From Candidatus Parcubacteria bacterium (GTDB lineage: Bacteria > Patescibacteriota > Patescibacteriia > Patescibacteriales > UBA12075): DNA of 64,000 bases. Under the pieces are notes generated by a model that made no database searches, was not told the origin of the DNA, and was given only the letters and a program-made list of their open reading frames with translations. Position numbers and translations under genes: made by a program. Location of the stretch: NCBI GenBank assembly GCA_002869165.1, contig PKTK01000006.1:2127-66126 (forward strand), given 5' to 3'. Of this stretch, positions 36,114 to 51,100 are shown piece by piece (position 1 is the stretch's first letter; the number at the start of each line of letters is the position of its first letter).

Positions 36114-39100
36114 TTACTGAGTTACTATATGCACACTAGCTGATGGGTTGCCACTCAAATCTATACTATATTCACTGTCATTACCTAAAGCACCTGTGAC
36201 GCTATTTAAATCAATGGACATAGTGTCACCTGCAAATGTAAAACCAGTCTCTAGTTGGACCAAACCTTCTAGCTCAACATCACCTTCTATTGTAATACGT
36301 GATAATTGTTCACCTCCCCCACTTAAATTAACTAAATTAGAGGCATCTAACTTAACAATAAAATCAGTGGCTGTAGTGGTAGCAATTTCATACAGACTTG
36401 GCGAAACAAAGGTGATAACTCCGGTTGAGTCTAATATATAAACTGTACCAGTAGCAATTGGATTTGAATCAATCTCAGCGTCTCCATCTATATCCAAATA
36501 CAACCACGCACCACTTATATCCGAAGTAAATACACCACTAATACCAGTTAGTGTCAAAGTTGTTGTAGCTAGACTTATCTTCTCTCCTTCTCCAATCAAA
36601 GAATAAGCATAGTGGACAGCAGATACAAAGGTTTCTCCCCCTGACCATTTATTACTTATTACTCCCTGACTATGGTTAGAAGCTGTAAGTATTCCATGAA
36701 TAATTATTGATTTATCATCAGAATCAACTGGACTTCCATCTACCCCTCCATCAATATGAAGTGATAAATTACTAGTGCTTGCTGCCTTGATAAAATCAGC
36801 AAAGGAAAGTCCAGATATTGTGATAACATCATCTTTTACAAAATCTGACGTAACATCTATAACTAAAACTGAACCTCCACCATCATAACTTACTGTAGTG
36901 CTGACCTTAGATGATTGGGCTCCGCCGATCGTAGCAGTAAGATCAGTGGTATCCCACAACATACCAGCTACAGAAGTAGCAATAGCGATCCGAATATCAT
37001 TGCCTGCTGTAATAGAAGAGCCCAAACGATCTTCAATGGTTATTGTAGATATCGTGGTGGTGGCTTGGCCTACTTCAAATACCTGATCAGATGCACTTAG
37101 AATAAATACACCCTTGGCATGAAGAGTGGAGCTGGCATCTCCTGTATAACTAATAGGACTGTAAGAAGATGTTAATCCCGTACCACTTACACTAGCAAAG
37201 TCTATTGCCATTCTGTCACCATCCTCAATATTTGAAGCTGTAAGGTCTAAATAAATATTTGTTGGAGTGTCATAAATATAACTATTTGAAGTTGCTAGAG
37301 TAATAGTTCCACTAGTACCAGAGATAGATACTTGACCATTAGAGACAATTTCTGGACCATTATATTTTCTGATCATCCAATCATGGTCAGCGTTGGTGGA
37401 GCTGTAATATTCTCCTGCTACATAAATATGATTATATGAATCAATAACCATAGCGTGAGCATAGTCGTCATTATTATTAGAAACTGTCAAAGTGCCTGTA
37501 TAAGAATCACCCCAAGAAGTATCAATATCACCATTAGAATCATATTTATGAATCATCCAATCATCATCAACGTTAGCTGAGCTGAAATAAACACCAGCTA
37601 CATAGATTGAATAAAATACATCCATACTAATAGTGTACGCGTAATCAGCGCCACCATTATTAGAAACTGCAACTATTCCAGAATTAGAGTCACCCCAGGT
37701 GGTATCGAGATCGCCGTTTGCGTCGTATTTACGGATCATCCAATCATTATCAGCATTAACAGAACTATAATAATCACCAGCTACATAAATAGCATTAACA
37801 GAGTCCGTGGTAATAGCGCGGATAGAATCATTACCAGTATTAGAAATAGTAATAATACCTGTATCAGAGTCACCCCAGGTAGTGTCGAGATCACCGTTTG
37901 CGTCGTATTTACGGATCATCCAATTGTAGTCACCATCAATTAGATCATAATACTCGCCCGCTACATAGATAGCCTTATCTGAATCAACTGTTATTGCGTA
38001 AGCAGAGTCATTATTAATATCACTAGAAACCGTAATAATACCTGAATCAGAGCTACCCCAGGTTGTGTCGAGATCGCCGCCCGAATCGTACTTACGGATC
38101 ATCCAATCATTATCAGAGTTAGTAGAATTATAGTAATCACCTGTTACGTAGATGGCGTTATCTGAGTCTATAGCAATAGCTCGTGCATAATCAGAGCCAT
38201 TATTATTAGAAACTGTTATAATGCCAGAATTAGAATCACCCCAGGTGGTATCGAGATCGCCGTTTGCGTCGTATTTACGGATCATCCAATCCTGGTCGGT
38301 ATTAGTGAGATCATAATAATCACCAGCTACATAGATAGCGTTATTTGAATCTATACTCATGGCACGAGCATAATCATTTCCATTGTTGTTAGAAACTGTG
38401 ATAATACCAGAGTCAGAGCTACCCCAAGTGGTGTCGAGATCGCCAGATGAATTATATTTTCTAATCATCCAGTCATTGTCAGTATTAGTAGAATCATAAT
38501 AATCACCAGCTACATAGATAGCGTTACTTAAGTCAACACTCATAGCTCGAGCATAATCATAGCCGTCATTACTGGAAACTGAAATAATGCCGGTATCTGT
38601 GTCTCCCCAACCACTAGAAACGCTAACTCCATCAGCTATGGAGTTGCCATTGTAATCAATATACAATTGAACATCCGTAATATCACTAGTCTCTACTCCA
38701 ACTATATCGCTTAGATTAAATGTAGTATTTCCAAGGTTTACTACCTCTCCTTCGGTAACTAGAGAATATGAATAATGAACTGTGGAGGTAGAGGTTTCCC
38801 CTGGCCATTTATTGCTAATCGAACCACCTGAAGCATTTCCCAAGTTGATAGCACCGTAAACCGTAATGGTCTTTTCATCTGTATCAACTGGATTAGAATC
38901 AACGCCTCCGTCTATATGGAGTTCGAGCATGCCAGTAGATGTAGCTACTTCTGTAAAATCAACAAATGAGAGACCAGAAATAGTAAATGAATCCAGTGTT
39001 TCAAAATCTGAAGTGACATCTATGACTAGCACCGATCCAGCGCCATCATATGATACAGTAGTGCTTACCTTACTTGCTTGACCTCCTCCAATAATTGCAG

Positions 39101-42100
39101 TGGTGTCAGTTGTATCCCAAAGCATTCCCACTGCACTAGTAGCTATAGCTATGCGAATATCATTAGAGCTAGTAATAATTCCAGCATAATCTGCGATAGT
39201 GATAGCAGAAATAGAGGTAGTAGCCTGCCCAACTGCAAATACCTGATCAGAGGCGCTAGAAATAGTTGTTCCTTTGGCATGAGTAGTAGAGCTAGCATCA
39301 CCGGTTAAAGTAATAGGATACATCGATGCTACTCCAGTGACTTCAGTGCTCAGAAAATCTATAATCATTTTATCACCATTATCTATATTAGAAGCGGTAA
39401 AAGTAAGGTAAATATCAGTAGAGGTAGCATAAAGATTGTAGGTCGTAGAGGTAGCAAAGCTAATAGTTCCACTAGAACCAGTAATTGATACTTCTCCTTC
39501 AATATCCTCCTGTTCGGTTACAACATTATAGGCACGAATCATCCAGTCACTGTCTTCATTGGTGGTGTTATAGTATGAACCACCTACATATATTACATCA
39601 TTTGAACCTATTGCGATATCCCCAGGGGAGCTTCCAGCACTAACTATAATATATCCTGTATTTGAACCTCCCCAGGTGGTGTCAAGATCACCGCTCGAGT
39701 CGTATTTACTGATCATCCAATCACCTGAATAGTTACCAACTGCAAACATATTATTATCTGAATCTAAAGCTAAATCATAACAATTAACATTACTACTGTC
39801 ATTAGAAACTGTAGTTGATCCTGTATCAGAGTCACCCCAGGTGGTGTCAAAGTCACCGTTTGCATCGTATTTTTTTATCATCCATTCCCAATGACCAATA
39901 GCACTATTATATGCATTACCTCCAACATAGATAGCATTGCTAGAATCAACTTTTACGGAATAAAGTGTATTGGAACCAAAAACATTAACAACAATGATAC
40001 CAGAATCAGAGTCACCCCAGGTGGTGTCGAGATCGCCGTCTGAATTATATTTTATAATCATCCAACGACTATAAAGATTCACCGAATCCCAAAGCTTACC
40101 ACCTACATAAATAGCATTGCTTGAATCTATTGTTATATCATTTAGATAATCTGAGCCATCAGTACTCGTATATGTGATAATGCCTGTATTTGAATCTCCC
40201 CAAGTAGTGTCGAGATCGCCGTTTGCGTCGTATTTACGAATTCTCCAATTATAATAAGAACTTGACGAAAGATAACTATAACCTGCTACGTAGATAGCAT
40301 TACTTGAATCTTTAGCTATGCCTTGGATGGTGTCATTACCATCATTATTAGAAACTGTAATAATGCCTGAATCGGAGTCGCCCCAGGTGGTGTCGAGATC
40401 GCCATTCGCGTCGTATTTGCGGATCATCCAGTCAAAATCAGTATTAACCGAGCTATAATAATTTCCTGCTACATAAATAGCATTACTTGAATCTATGGCA
40501 ATAGCTTGAACATTATCAGTTCCGTCATTGGAAACTGTAATGATACCTGTATCAGAGTCGCCCCAGGTGGTGTCGAGATCTCCGTTTGCATCGTACTTGC
40601 GAATCATCCAATCATTATCAGAATATGTTGTGCTATAATAATTTCCTACGGCGTAGATAGCATTACTTGAATCTATGGCTATGTCATTAACTACATCACC
40701 ACCATCATCACTTTCGATTATCACGGCACCGGTGTCTGAATCTCCCCACTCAGGATATAGCCAAAAAGGATTAAATTCGCCATCACCATCACGGTCAACA
40801 AACATGGTAACATCACTAACATCACCAGTCACAACCCCATTTATACCACTCAAATTAAATACAGTTTCCCCTAAGGTTATGTCCTCTCCTTCTGCTAACA
40901 ATGAATATGAATAATGAATAGTAGTAGTTGAAGTTTCCCCCGGCCATTTATTTGAGGTAACACCGGTAGACGCATTAGCCATAGTTAGCAAACCATAAAC
41001 TGTAATATGTTTATTATCTGTGCTAACAGGACTTGAGTCTACTCCTCCATCTATATGAAGTTCTAGTAGTCCCGTGGAACTAGCAGCTTCAGTAAAATCA
41101 ACAAATGAGAGACCAGAAATAGTAATAGTATCTCCGCTAGTAAAATTAGAAGTAACATCTACAACCATAACTGAACCACTACCGTCATAAGTGACACTAG
41201 TATCAACCTTGCTAGACTGATTACCACTAATAGTAGCGGTAGTATCAGTAGTATTCCACAACATCCCCACTGCACTAGTAGCTATAGCTATACGGATATC
41301 ATTACTAGCGGTAATACTACCAACATAATCTGTGATAGTGATGGCAGAAATACTAGTGGTGGCTTGATTGTATTCAAAAGTCTGATTCGCCGCCGAAGAA
41401 ATAGATATACCCTTAGCATGCGTGGTAGAACTAGCATCGCCAGTAATAGCAATAGGATAAGCAGAAATAGTTCCTGCGGCCACAATACTAGAAAAATCAA
41501 TAGTCATCTTGTCACCGTTTGCAATATTGGCTGCATCTAATTGGAGAATAAAGTTAGTGGTAGTAGCTAAAATATAATAAATGCTTGAAGTAGCAAAAGT
41601 AATAGTGCCTGTATCTGAAGAAATTACAACATTTGCTTCTTGAGTCACTTGATATTCAAAATCATACCTATAAACTTCTCCGCCGGCAGTTTTCTGAGTT
41701 CCTGCATACAAAGTATTATTTACATTAGCCATGCAGATAATATCATCAACTTCATTTGTAACACCAGAACTAATAATACCAGGGGTTGATGATGAAACTA
41801 AGGTCCAAGTAGTATCGCCGTCATAGCGATACACTTCGGCTCCGCCTGTAGTCCCTATATATAATGTATTGTTAACACTGATCATGCTGCCAATAGAGCT
41901 AATAGAATTAGTGCCGCCCAAACTTATAGTGCCAGGGGTTGATGATGAAACTAAGGTCCAAGTAGTATCGCCTTCATAGCGGTACACTTCAGCAAAATTT
42001 ACCTTAGCGGTTCCAATATATAAAATACCATTTACATTAGCCATACTTTCAATAGTATTGATAGAACTACTTCCATCAGAACTAATTGTACCGGCGATTT

Positions 42101-45100
42101 CCTGTGAAACTTTGGACCAGGTAGTGCCACCGTCATAGCGATATACCTCTGCGTCAGCTAATTTACTTGTCCCTATATACAAAGTACCATCTATACTAAT
42201 CATGCTACCAATATAATCAATATCACTGGTACCACCAGAAGTAATGACCCCTGGAATAGATGATGAAACTAAAGTCCAGTTTGTGTCACCATCATAGCGG
42301 TACACCTCAGCAGCACCTGATTCATAGGTTCCTATATACAGGACATCGTCCACATTAGCCATACTCCAAACAGAATCAATTCCACTTGTACCACCAAGAC
42401 TAATGGTACCAGCGGTTTCCTGTGAAATCTTGGTCCAACTCTTGCCGCCGTCATAACGATATACTTCAGCCTCATCTGGATTAAAAGTTCCTATATATAA
42501 GGTATTATTTATATTGGCCATACTAGTAATTCTATGAATTAGTGCTGTACCGGGCCAAGTGACAATACCAGCCGAATAAGAAATTCTGGTCCAATCAGTT
42601 GTATTAGTATTTCTTTTTCCGTCATCATAAGTATCAATATACAATTGTACATTTGTGATATCATCAGTTACCACCCCGCGAACCTCACTCAAACTAAATA
42701 CTGTCTCACCAAGTGTCATGCTCTCGCCCTCAGAAACCAATGAATAACTATAATGAACAGTCGTCGTAGAAGTCTCACCTAGCCATTTATTTTCTACTGG
42801 TCCCAAAACATGATTTTCCAAATCTAGAGTTCCATATACAGTAATAAGCTTGTCATCAGTATCAACCATTAACCCACCAACGTACAGCTCAAGTATTCCA
42901 GTAGAACTGGCAACTTTTGTAAAATCTATAAACGACAAACCAGATATAGTAATAGTGTCACCTACTTCAAAATTTGAAGTCACATCTACAACCAAAACTG
43001 AACCACTTCCATCATAGGTAACACTTGTACTCACTTTACTTGACTGATTACCACTAATAGTAGCGGTAGTATCAGCAGTATTCCACAACATCCCCACCGC
43101 ACTAGTAGCGATAGCTATACGGATATCATTACTAGCGGTAATACTACCAACATAATCTGTAATAGTAATAGCTGATATACTAGTAGTAGCCTGTCCTACC
43201 TCAAAGGTCTGATCAGCCGCACTGGAGATAGTCACACCCTTAGCGTGAGTAGTAGAACTAGCGTCTCCTGTATAACTAATAGTATAGTTTGAATCTTGAC
43301 CAATAGCCTCTACACTTGTTAAATCAATGATCATTTTGTCACCATCAGCAATATTAGAAACTGCAAAATCTAAATAAAAATCTTCGGAGGTAGAATTAAT
43401 ATCAAAATCTACAGGATTAGAAAATGTAATGCTACCACTACTTCCATTAATAGAAACTTCACCTCCGTCTATAATTAATTCTGGAATATATTTACGAATC
43501 ATCCAGTCAGTATCAGAATTAGTTGAATTTTCATATTCACCAGCTACATAGATGGCATTACTTGAATCTATGGTAATGGCATTAAGCTCGTCATCACCAT
43601 CATTATTAGAAATTGCAACAATACCAGAATTATAATCGCCCCAGGTGGTGTCGAGGTCGCCGTTTGCATCGTATTTGCGAATCATCCAGTCTAGATCGTT
43701 ATTATTTGTATTTTTATAATGACCAGTTACGTAGATGGCATTACTTGAGTCTATTGTGATATCATTAGCTTCATCATAATTGAGATCATCATGAAAAACT
43801 TTAATTATACCCGTGTCGGAATCGCCCCAAGTGGTGTCGAGGTCGCCGTTTGCATCGTATTTGCGGATCATCCAACCCGGTGGAGTTGAAATAGGACTAT
43901 AGCCACCAGCTACATAGATGGCATTACTTGAATCTATAGCAATGGCATTAACCTGATCCCAGGCAATATCATTAGAAACTGTAATAATACCAGTGTCGGA
44001 ATCGCCCCAAGTGGTGTCGAGGTCGCCGTTTGCATCGTATTTGCGGATCATCCAGTCAGTTGCGGTATTTGTTAAACTATAATAATCACCAGCTACAAAG
44101 ATGGCATTACTTGAGTCTATAGTGATAGCATAGATCGCTTCATTACCATCGCCATTATTAACCATAACAATACCCGTGTCGGAATCGCCCCAGGTGGTGT
44201 CGAGGTCGCCGTTTGCATCGTATTTGCGGATCATCCAATCCCTGCTACTATTACTTGAATTATAATATTCACCAGCTACATAGATGGCATTACTTGAATC
44301 TATAGCAATGGCATGTGCCATATCAATTCCACTACCATTAACTGTAATAATACCAGTATCAGAGTCGCCCCAGGTGGTGTCGAGATCACCGTTTGCGTCG
44401 TACTTACGGATCATCCAGTCTAAAGTTGAATCATTAAAATAACCAGCCACATAGATAGCGTTACTAGAATCTATGGTTATAGCATATGCATGATCATCAC
44501 CAGTATCACTGGAAATCACAATAATACCAGAGTCGGAGTCGCCCCAGGTGGTGTCGAGGTCGCCGTTTGCGTCGTATTTGCGGATCATCCAGTCAGTATC
44601 AGAATTAGTTGAATTTTCATATTCACCGGCTACGTAGATGGCATTATTTGAGTCTATGGTTATAGCATTAGAAAAGTCATCACCATCATTATTAGAAATT
44701 GCGACAATGCCAGAATTAGAGTCGCCCCAAGAAGCAGGAATACCATTATTAAGTCTATTATTATCATTATAATCAACAAATACCATAGCATCCGTAATAT
44801 CATCAGCAACCACCCCTCTGATATCAGACAAACTAAACACAGTTTCTCCCAGAGTCATAATCTCTCCTTCAGCTACTAGAGAATATGAATAATGAATAGT
44901 ATCAACTGAAGTCTCACCTGGCCATTGATTTAGAATAGGACCATCTGAATGATTAGCCAAGACAAGCGATCCATGGATAGTAACAACCTTGTCATCAGTA
45001 TCAACCGGGCTAGAATCTACTCCCCCATCAATATGAAGCTGTAGTACGTCAGTGCTGGTAGCGACCTCTGTAAAATCAGCAAAAGAAAGTCCAGAAATAA

Positions 45101-48100
45101 TAATATTGTCACCAATTGCAAAATCAGAAGTAACGTCTATAACTAATACTTCTCCATTCATCTCATATGACACAGTTGCACTGACCTTGCTTGACTGGTC
45201 TCCGCTAATAGTGGCAGTGGTATCAGTCGTATCCCAAAGCATTGGCACAGACGTAGTAGCAATAGCTATCCGAATATCATTACTAGCCGTAATAGACCCA
45301 CCAAGATAATCGGCAACCGTAATAGCAGAAATAGTAGTAGTAGCTTGATATATTGCAAAAGCCTGATCACTAGCACTAGAAATAGTCACGCCTTTAGCAT
45401 GAGTAGTAGAGCTAGCGTCACCAGTGAGAGTAATGGGATAGCCAGATAAAAGACCAGTAGCTTCAGCGCTACCAAAATCTATAGTCATCCTGTCGCCATT
45501 GTCGATATTGGAAGCTGTTAAATTTAATATAAAATTTGTTGAATTTGAGGAATAATTACCATAACTTGTAGATGTTGCAAAGGTGATGGTGCCACTATTG
45601 CCAGATATATCCACTTGACCATCTATGGCTAATTCTTGGTTATACTTTCGTATCATCCAGTCTTGGTCGTCGTTACTTGAATTATAGTAACTTCCTGCAA
45701 TGTATAAACTACCTGAATTCAAAGCTAAATCATAAGCCCAATCAATACCCCCGCTATCGAAAGAAACCATGCCCGAATTAGAATCGCCCCAGGTGGTATC
45801 GAGATTGCCACTCGAGTCATATTTAAAGATTGCTATGTCCTGAGAATAAAAACCAGCGACATAAATAGAACCATCAGGATCCAAATTTAAAGCATAATTA
45901 TAAAATAGACCACTTTCAGATGTAACAATACCAGAATCTGAATCACCCCAAGTAGTGTAAAGATCTCCACTCGAGTTGTATTTTCTTATCATGTTATAAG
46001 AAGATGGTGACGAAAAATAATAACCAGCAGCATAAATATCATTGCTTGAGTCTATAGTTATAGAATAAATGGAATCCGTACGATTAGTATTAACGTTTTC
46101 AACTGTTATAATACCTGTATCGGAGTCGCCCCAGGTGGTGTCGAGATCGCCATTCACATCATATTTGCGGATCATCCAGTCATCACTAAGATTATCTGAA
46201 TTGTAATAAGCGCCCGCAACATAAATAGCATTACTAGAATCTATAGTAATGTCTTGAGCATAGTTAGTATCATAGCCACCACCTTCAGATGTAACAATAC
46301 CAGAATCTGAATCACCCCAGGTGGTGTCGAGGTCACCATTGGCGTCATACTTACGAACCATCCAACAATAGCCGGAACCACAATCGTAGTTACCAGCAGC
46401 ATAAATAGCATTATCTGAATCTATAGCAATAGCATAAGGGTCATCAACCCCACTATTAATAAAACTAATAATTCCGCTATCACTATCACCCCAAGTAGTA
46501 TCGAGGTCACCATTTGAGTCATACTTACGAATCATCCAATCACGACTAACGCCAGGAGAAATTTGACCAAATACATAAATATTATTACTTGAATCTATAA
46601 CCATAGATCGAGCATAACCTGCACTAGATGCTGTGATAATTCCTGAATCATCATCTCCCCAGCCAATATCAAGGTCACCGTATGTATTGAACTTTCTTAT
46701 CACCCAGTTATAACCAGAATAACCAGCCACATAAACAGAACCCTTTGAATCTAGTACTACAGCACGAGCAGCATCATCGCCAGCGTCATTAGAGTATGTG
46801 ATAACTCCTGAATCAGAATCACCCCAATCTTGACTTAGAAGAGATCCTTCTATTTCACCATTATTATTATAATCAATATATAGCTGAGCAACAGTTACAT
46901 CACTTGTCACTACTCCGCTTACACCACTCAAATTAAAAATAGTTTCTCCAAAATTTACAGGCTCTGCTTCTGCGACTGTTGAATATGAGTAATGAATAGT
47001 GGAAGTAGAAGTTTCACCTGGCCATTTATTGGTAATCGGACCAGCTGAATTATTTTGAAGAGTGAGAGCGCCATATAATGTAATAACTTTATCATCTGTA
47101 CTAGCAGGACTTGAGTCTACTCCTCCATCTATGTGGAGTTCAAGTAATCCCGTGGAACTAGCAGCTTCAGTAAAACTGGTAAATGAAAGTCCAGAAATAG
47201 TAATAGTATCTTCCATTTCAAAATCAGAACTTACATTTATAAGCAAAACCGATCCACCACCGTCATAAGTGACACTGGTACTTACTTTACTCGACTGATC
47301 TCCTGAAATAGTAGCTGTGTCCTGGGTAGTATCCCAAAGCATACCAACCGTATCAGTAGCAATAGCTATACGAATATCATTACTAACTGTAATAGCCCCA
47401 GCATAATCTGTAATCGTAATAGCTGACATACTAGTAGTAGCCTGCCCCACCTCAAAAACCTGATTACTAGCACTAGAAATAGTTGTGCCCTTAGCATGAG
47501 TAGTAGAACTAGCATCGCCGGTGAGAGTGATGGGGTAAGCAGATACTGCTCCAGTTGCTTCTACGCTAGTAAAGTCAATGGTCATCCTGACACCATCTGC
47601 AATGTTGGAAGCGGTTAGCTCGAGATAAAAATCTGTAGAAGTGGCGTACATGTAATAATTGGAAGATGTGGCAAGATTGATAGTTCCACTGTCGTTACTG
47701 ATAGAAACTGCTCCGTTTGCAACTAACTCTGAAGAGTATTTACGGATCATCCAGTCTTGATTAGCATTGCTTGAGTCATAATAATAACCAGCTACATAAA
47801 TAGTATTGTTTGAATCTATGACAATAGCCTGGATGGAGTCATCACCAGCAGCGCTAGAAACTGTAACAATACCAGTATCAGATTCGCCCCAGGTAGTGTC
47901 GAGGTCGCCGTTTGCGTCGTATTTGCGGATCATCCAGTCTTTATCAGCATTGCTTGAGTCATAATAATAACCAGCTACATAAATAGCATTACTTGAATCT
48001 ATGGTGATGTCATAAGCATAGTCGTGACCAGCGGTACTAGAGGCTATAATGATACCAGTGTCGGAATCGCCCCAGGTAGTGTCGAGGTCGCCGCTCGAGT

Positions 48101-51100
48101 CGTATTTGCGGATCATCCAATCATAATCAGCATTGGTTGCACTGTAATAATAACCAGCAGTATAGATAGCATTATTTGAATCTATGGTAATGCCATAAAT
48201 CTCATCCCCACCGGCATCGCTAGAAACTGTAACGATGCCAGTGTCGGAATCGCCCCAGGTAATGTCGAGGTCGCCACTCGAGTCGTATTTGCGGATCATC
48301 CAGTCTCGATCAGTATTAGTTAAATTATAATACCCACCAGCTACATAAATGGCATTATTTGAATCAATAGTAATGGCCGAAGCTAAATCCACACCATCAT
48401 TATTAACAACCGAAATAACACCAGTGTCTGAGTCGCCCCAGGTGGTGTCAAGGTCGCCGTTTGCGTCGTATTTGCGGATCATCCAGTCCATAGTTGAATT
48501 AGATTTATAGCCAACCACATAAATGGCATTATTTGAATCAGAAGTAATGTCATAAATTTCACCAAGAGTGTCATATATAATAACGCCTGAATCGGAGTCG
48601 CCCCAGGTGGTGTCAAGGTCGCCGTTTGCGTCGTATTTGCGGATCATCCAGTCACTATTTGAAACATAGTAACCACCAGCTACATAAATGGCATTATTTG
48701 AATCCGTTGTAATAGCATAGGCTTTATCAGCACCATTATTATTAGAAACAGTTATAATGCCTGAATCAGAGTTGCCCCAGGTGGTGTCAAGGTCGCCGCT
48801 CGAGTCGTATTTACGAATCATCCAGTCATTATCAGCATTGCTTGAGTCATAATAATAACCAGCTACATAAATGGCATTATTTGAATCTACGATAATAGCA
48901 TTAGCAGAATCATCACTGGCGCTACTAGAAGCCGTAATAATACCAGAGTCAGAGTCACCCCAATTAGAATCTAAAATTGTATAATCAAGTAACCCGTCCT
49001 TATTATAATCAACATATAATTTAACATCACTAATATCACTAGTTACTACTCCATTAACATTACTTAAATTAAACACAGTCTCTCCGAGAGACATTGTCTC
49101 TCCCTCTGCAAGCAATGAATATGAATAATGAATAGTAGAAGTCGAAGTCTCGCCTGGCCATTTGTTTGGAGTGACGCCAGTAGAGGCGTTTTGAAGAGTA
49201 AGAGCGCCGTAGACAGTAAGAAGCTTATCGTCAGTACTAGCAGAACTTGAGTCTACTCCGCCATCTATGTGGAGTTCTAATAAACCAGTGGAGCTAGCAG
49301 CTTCGGTAAAACCAACAAAGGAAAGCCCGGAAATGGTAATAGCATCAAAAGCATCAAAGTCAGAAGTGACGTTTATAACCAGAACCGAGCCATCTCCATC
49401 ATAAGTAACACTAGAACTAACCTTGGCTAACTGATCCCCACTAATAGTAGCAGTCGTGTCAGTAGTATCCCACAGCATACCCACTGCACTAGTAGCGATA
49501 GCTATACGAATATCATTACTAGCAGTAATATTACCACCAACAAAATCAGTGATAGTAATAGCAGAAATAGAAGTAGTAGCCTGCCCAACTGCAAATACCT
49601 GATCAGAGGCACTGGAAATAGTTGTTCCTTTAGCATGGGTTGTGGAGCTGGCATCACCAACATAACTGATAGCGTAATCAGACACTGTCCCTGTAGCTAC
49701 TATACTACCAAGATCAATCGTCATTGTGTCACCGTTTTCAATATTGGAAACCGTAAGATCAACATAGTAATCGCCAGAGGTAGTGCCTATAACATGACTC
49801 GCATCAGAGAAAATGATAGTACCGCTGGTATCGTTTATACTAACTACTCCAGTTGAAATTGTTTCTGGAGTATATTTCCTTATCATCCAATCATCAGTGG
49901 ATGAAACATAGTAATAACCAGCTAAGTAAATAGCTTTATTTGAGTCTATAGTAATAGCAAGAGCAGAATCATCACCGGCATTATTAGAAACACTAACAAT
50001 ACCTGAATTAGAATCACCCCAAGAAGTATCAATATCACCACTAGAATCATATTTACGAATCATCCAGTCATCATCACTAGATGAAACATAATAATAACCA
50101 GCTACATAAATAGCATTACTAGAGTCTATAGTAATGGCTTTATTGAGATCTGTACCACTATTAGAAACTGTAATTGTACCAGAATCAGAGTCACCCCAAG
50201 TGGTATCGAGGTCGCCATTTGCATCGTATTTATTAATTATCCAATCAGCATTATTTTCAGCTATATAAATAGAATTACTTGAATCTATGGTTATTGCATA
50301 ACAAGAAACTGAAACAATGCCAGTATCAGAGTCGCCCCAGGTGGTATCAAGGTCACCATTTGCATCGTATTTTCTTGTTAGTCCAACACCATATCCTGTT
50401 ACATATATAGCATTACTAGAGTCTATGGTAATACCATAAACAACTTCATTATTTGTAATTATGCCTTCATCATTGACAACTACGATAATACCCGAGTCGG
50501 AATCGCCCCAGGTGGTATCGAGGTCACCATTTGCATTATATTTACGGATCATCCAGTCATAATCAGCATTACCTGAATCATAATAACCACCTGCTATATA
50601 GATAGAATTACTTGAGTCTATGGTTATTGTATATGCAAAGTCACTGCCATCGTTACTAGAAACAGTAACAATACCAGAATCTGAGTCGCCCCAGGTGGTA
50701 TCAAGGTCGCCATTTGCATCGTATTTACGGATCATCCAATCAAGGTCAGCATTACTTGCATTATAATAATTACCGGCTACATAAATAGCATTACTTGAGT
50801 CTAAGGTGATAGCAAAAGCACCATCACTGCCGTTATCATTAGAAACAATAATAATGCCTGTGTCGGAGTCGCCCCAGGTGGTATCAAGGTCGCCATTTGC
50901 ATCGTATTTACGGATCATCCAATCAGTATCAGCATTGGTTGTATTATAGTAATAACCAGCTACGTAAATATTGTTATCTGAATCCATGGTAATAGCTTGG
51001 GCATAATCATCACCAGCACTATTAGAAACTGTTATAATACCAGACTCTGAATCTCCCCAAGAATCCAAAATACCGTCACTAAACTCTCCATTCTCATCAG

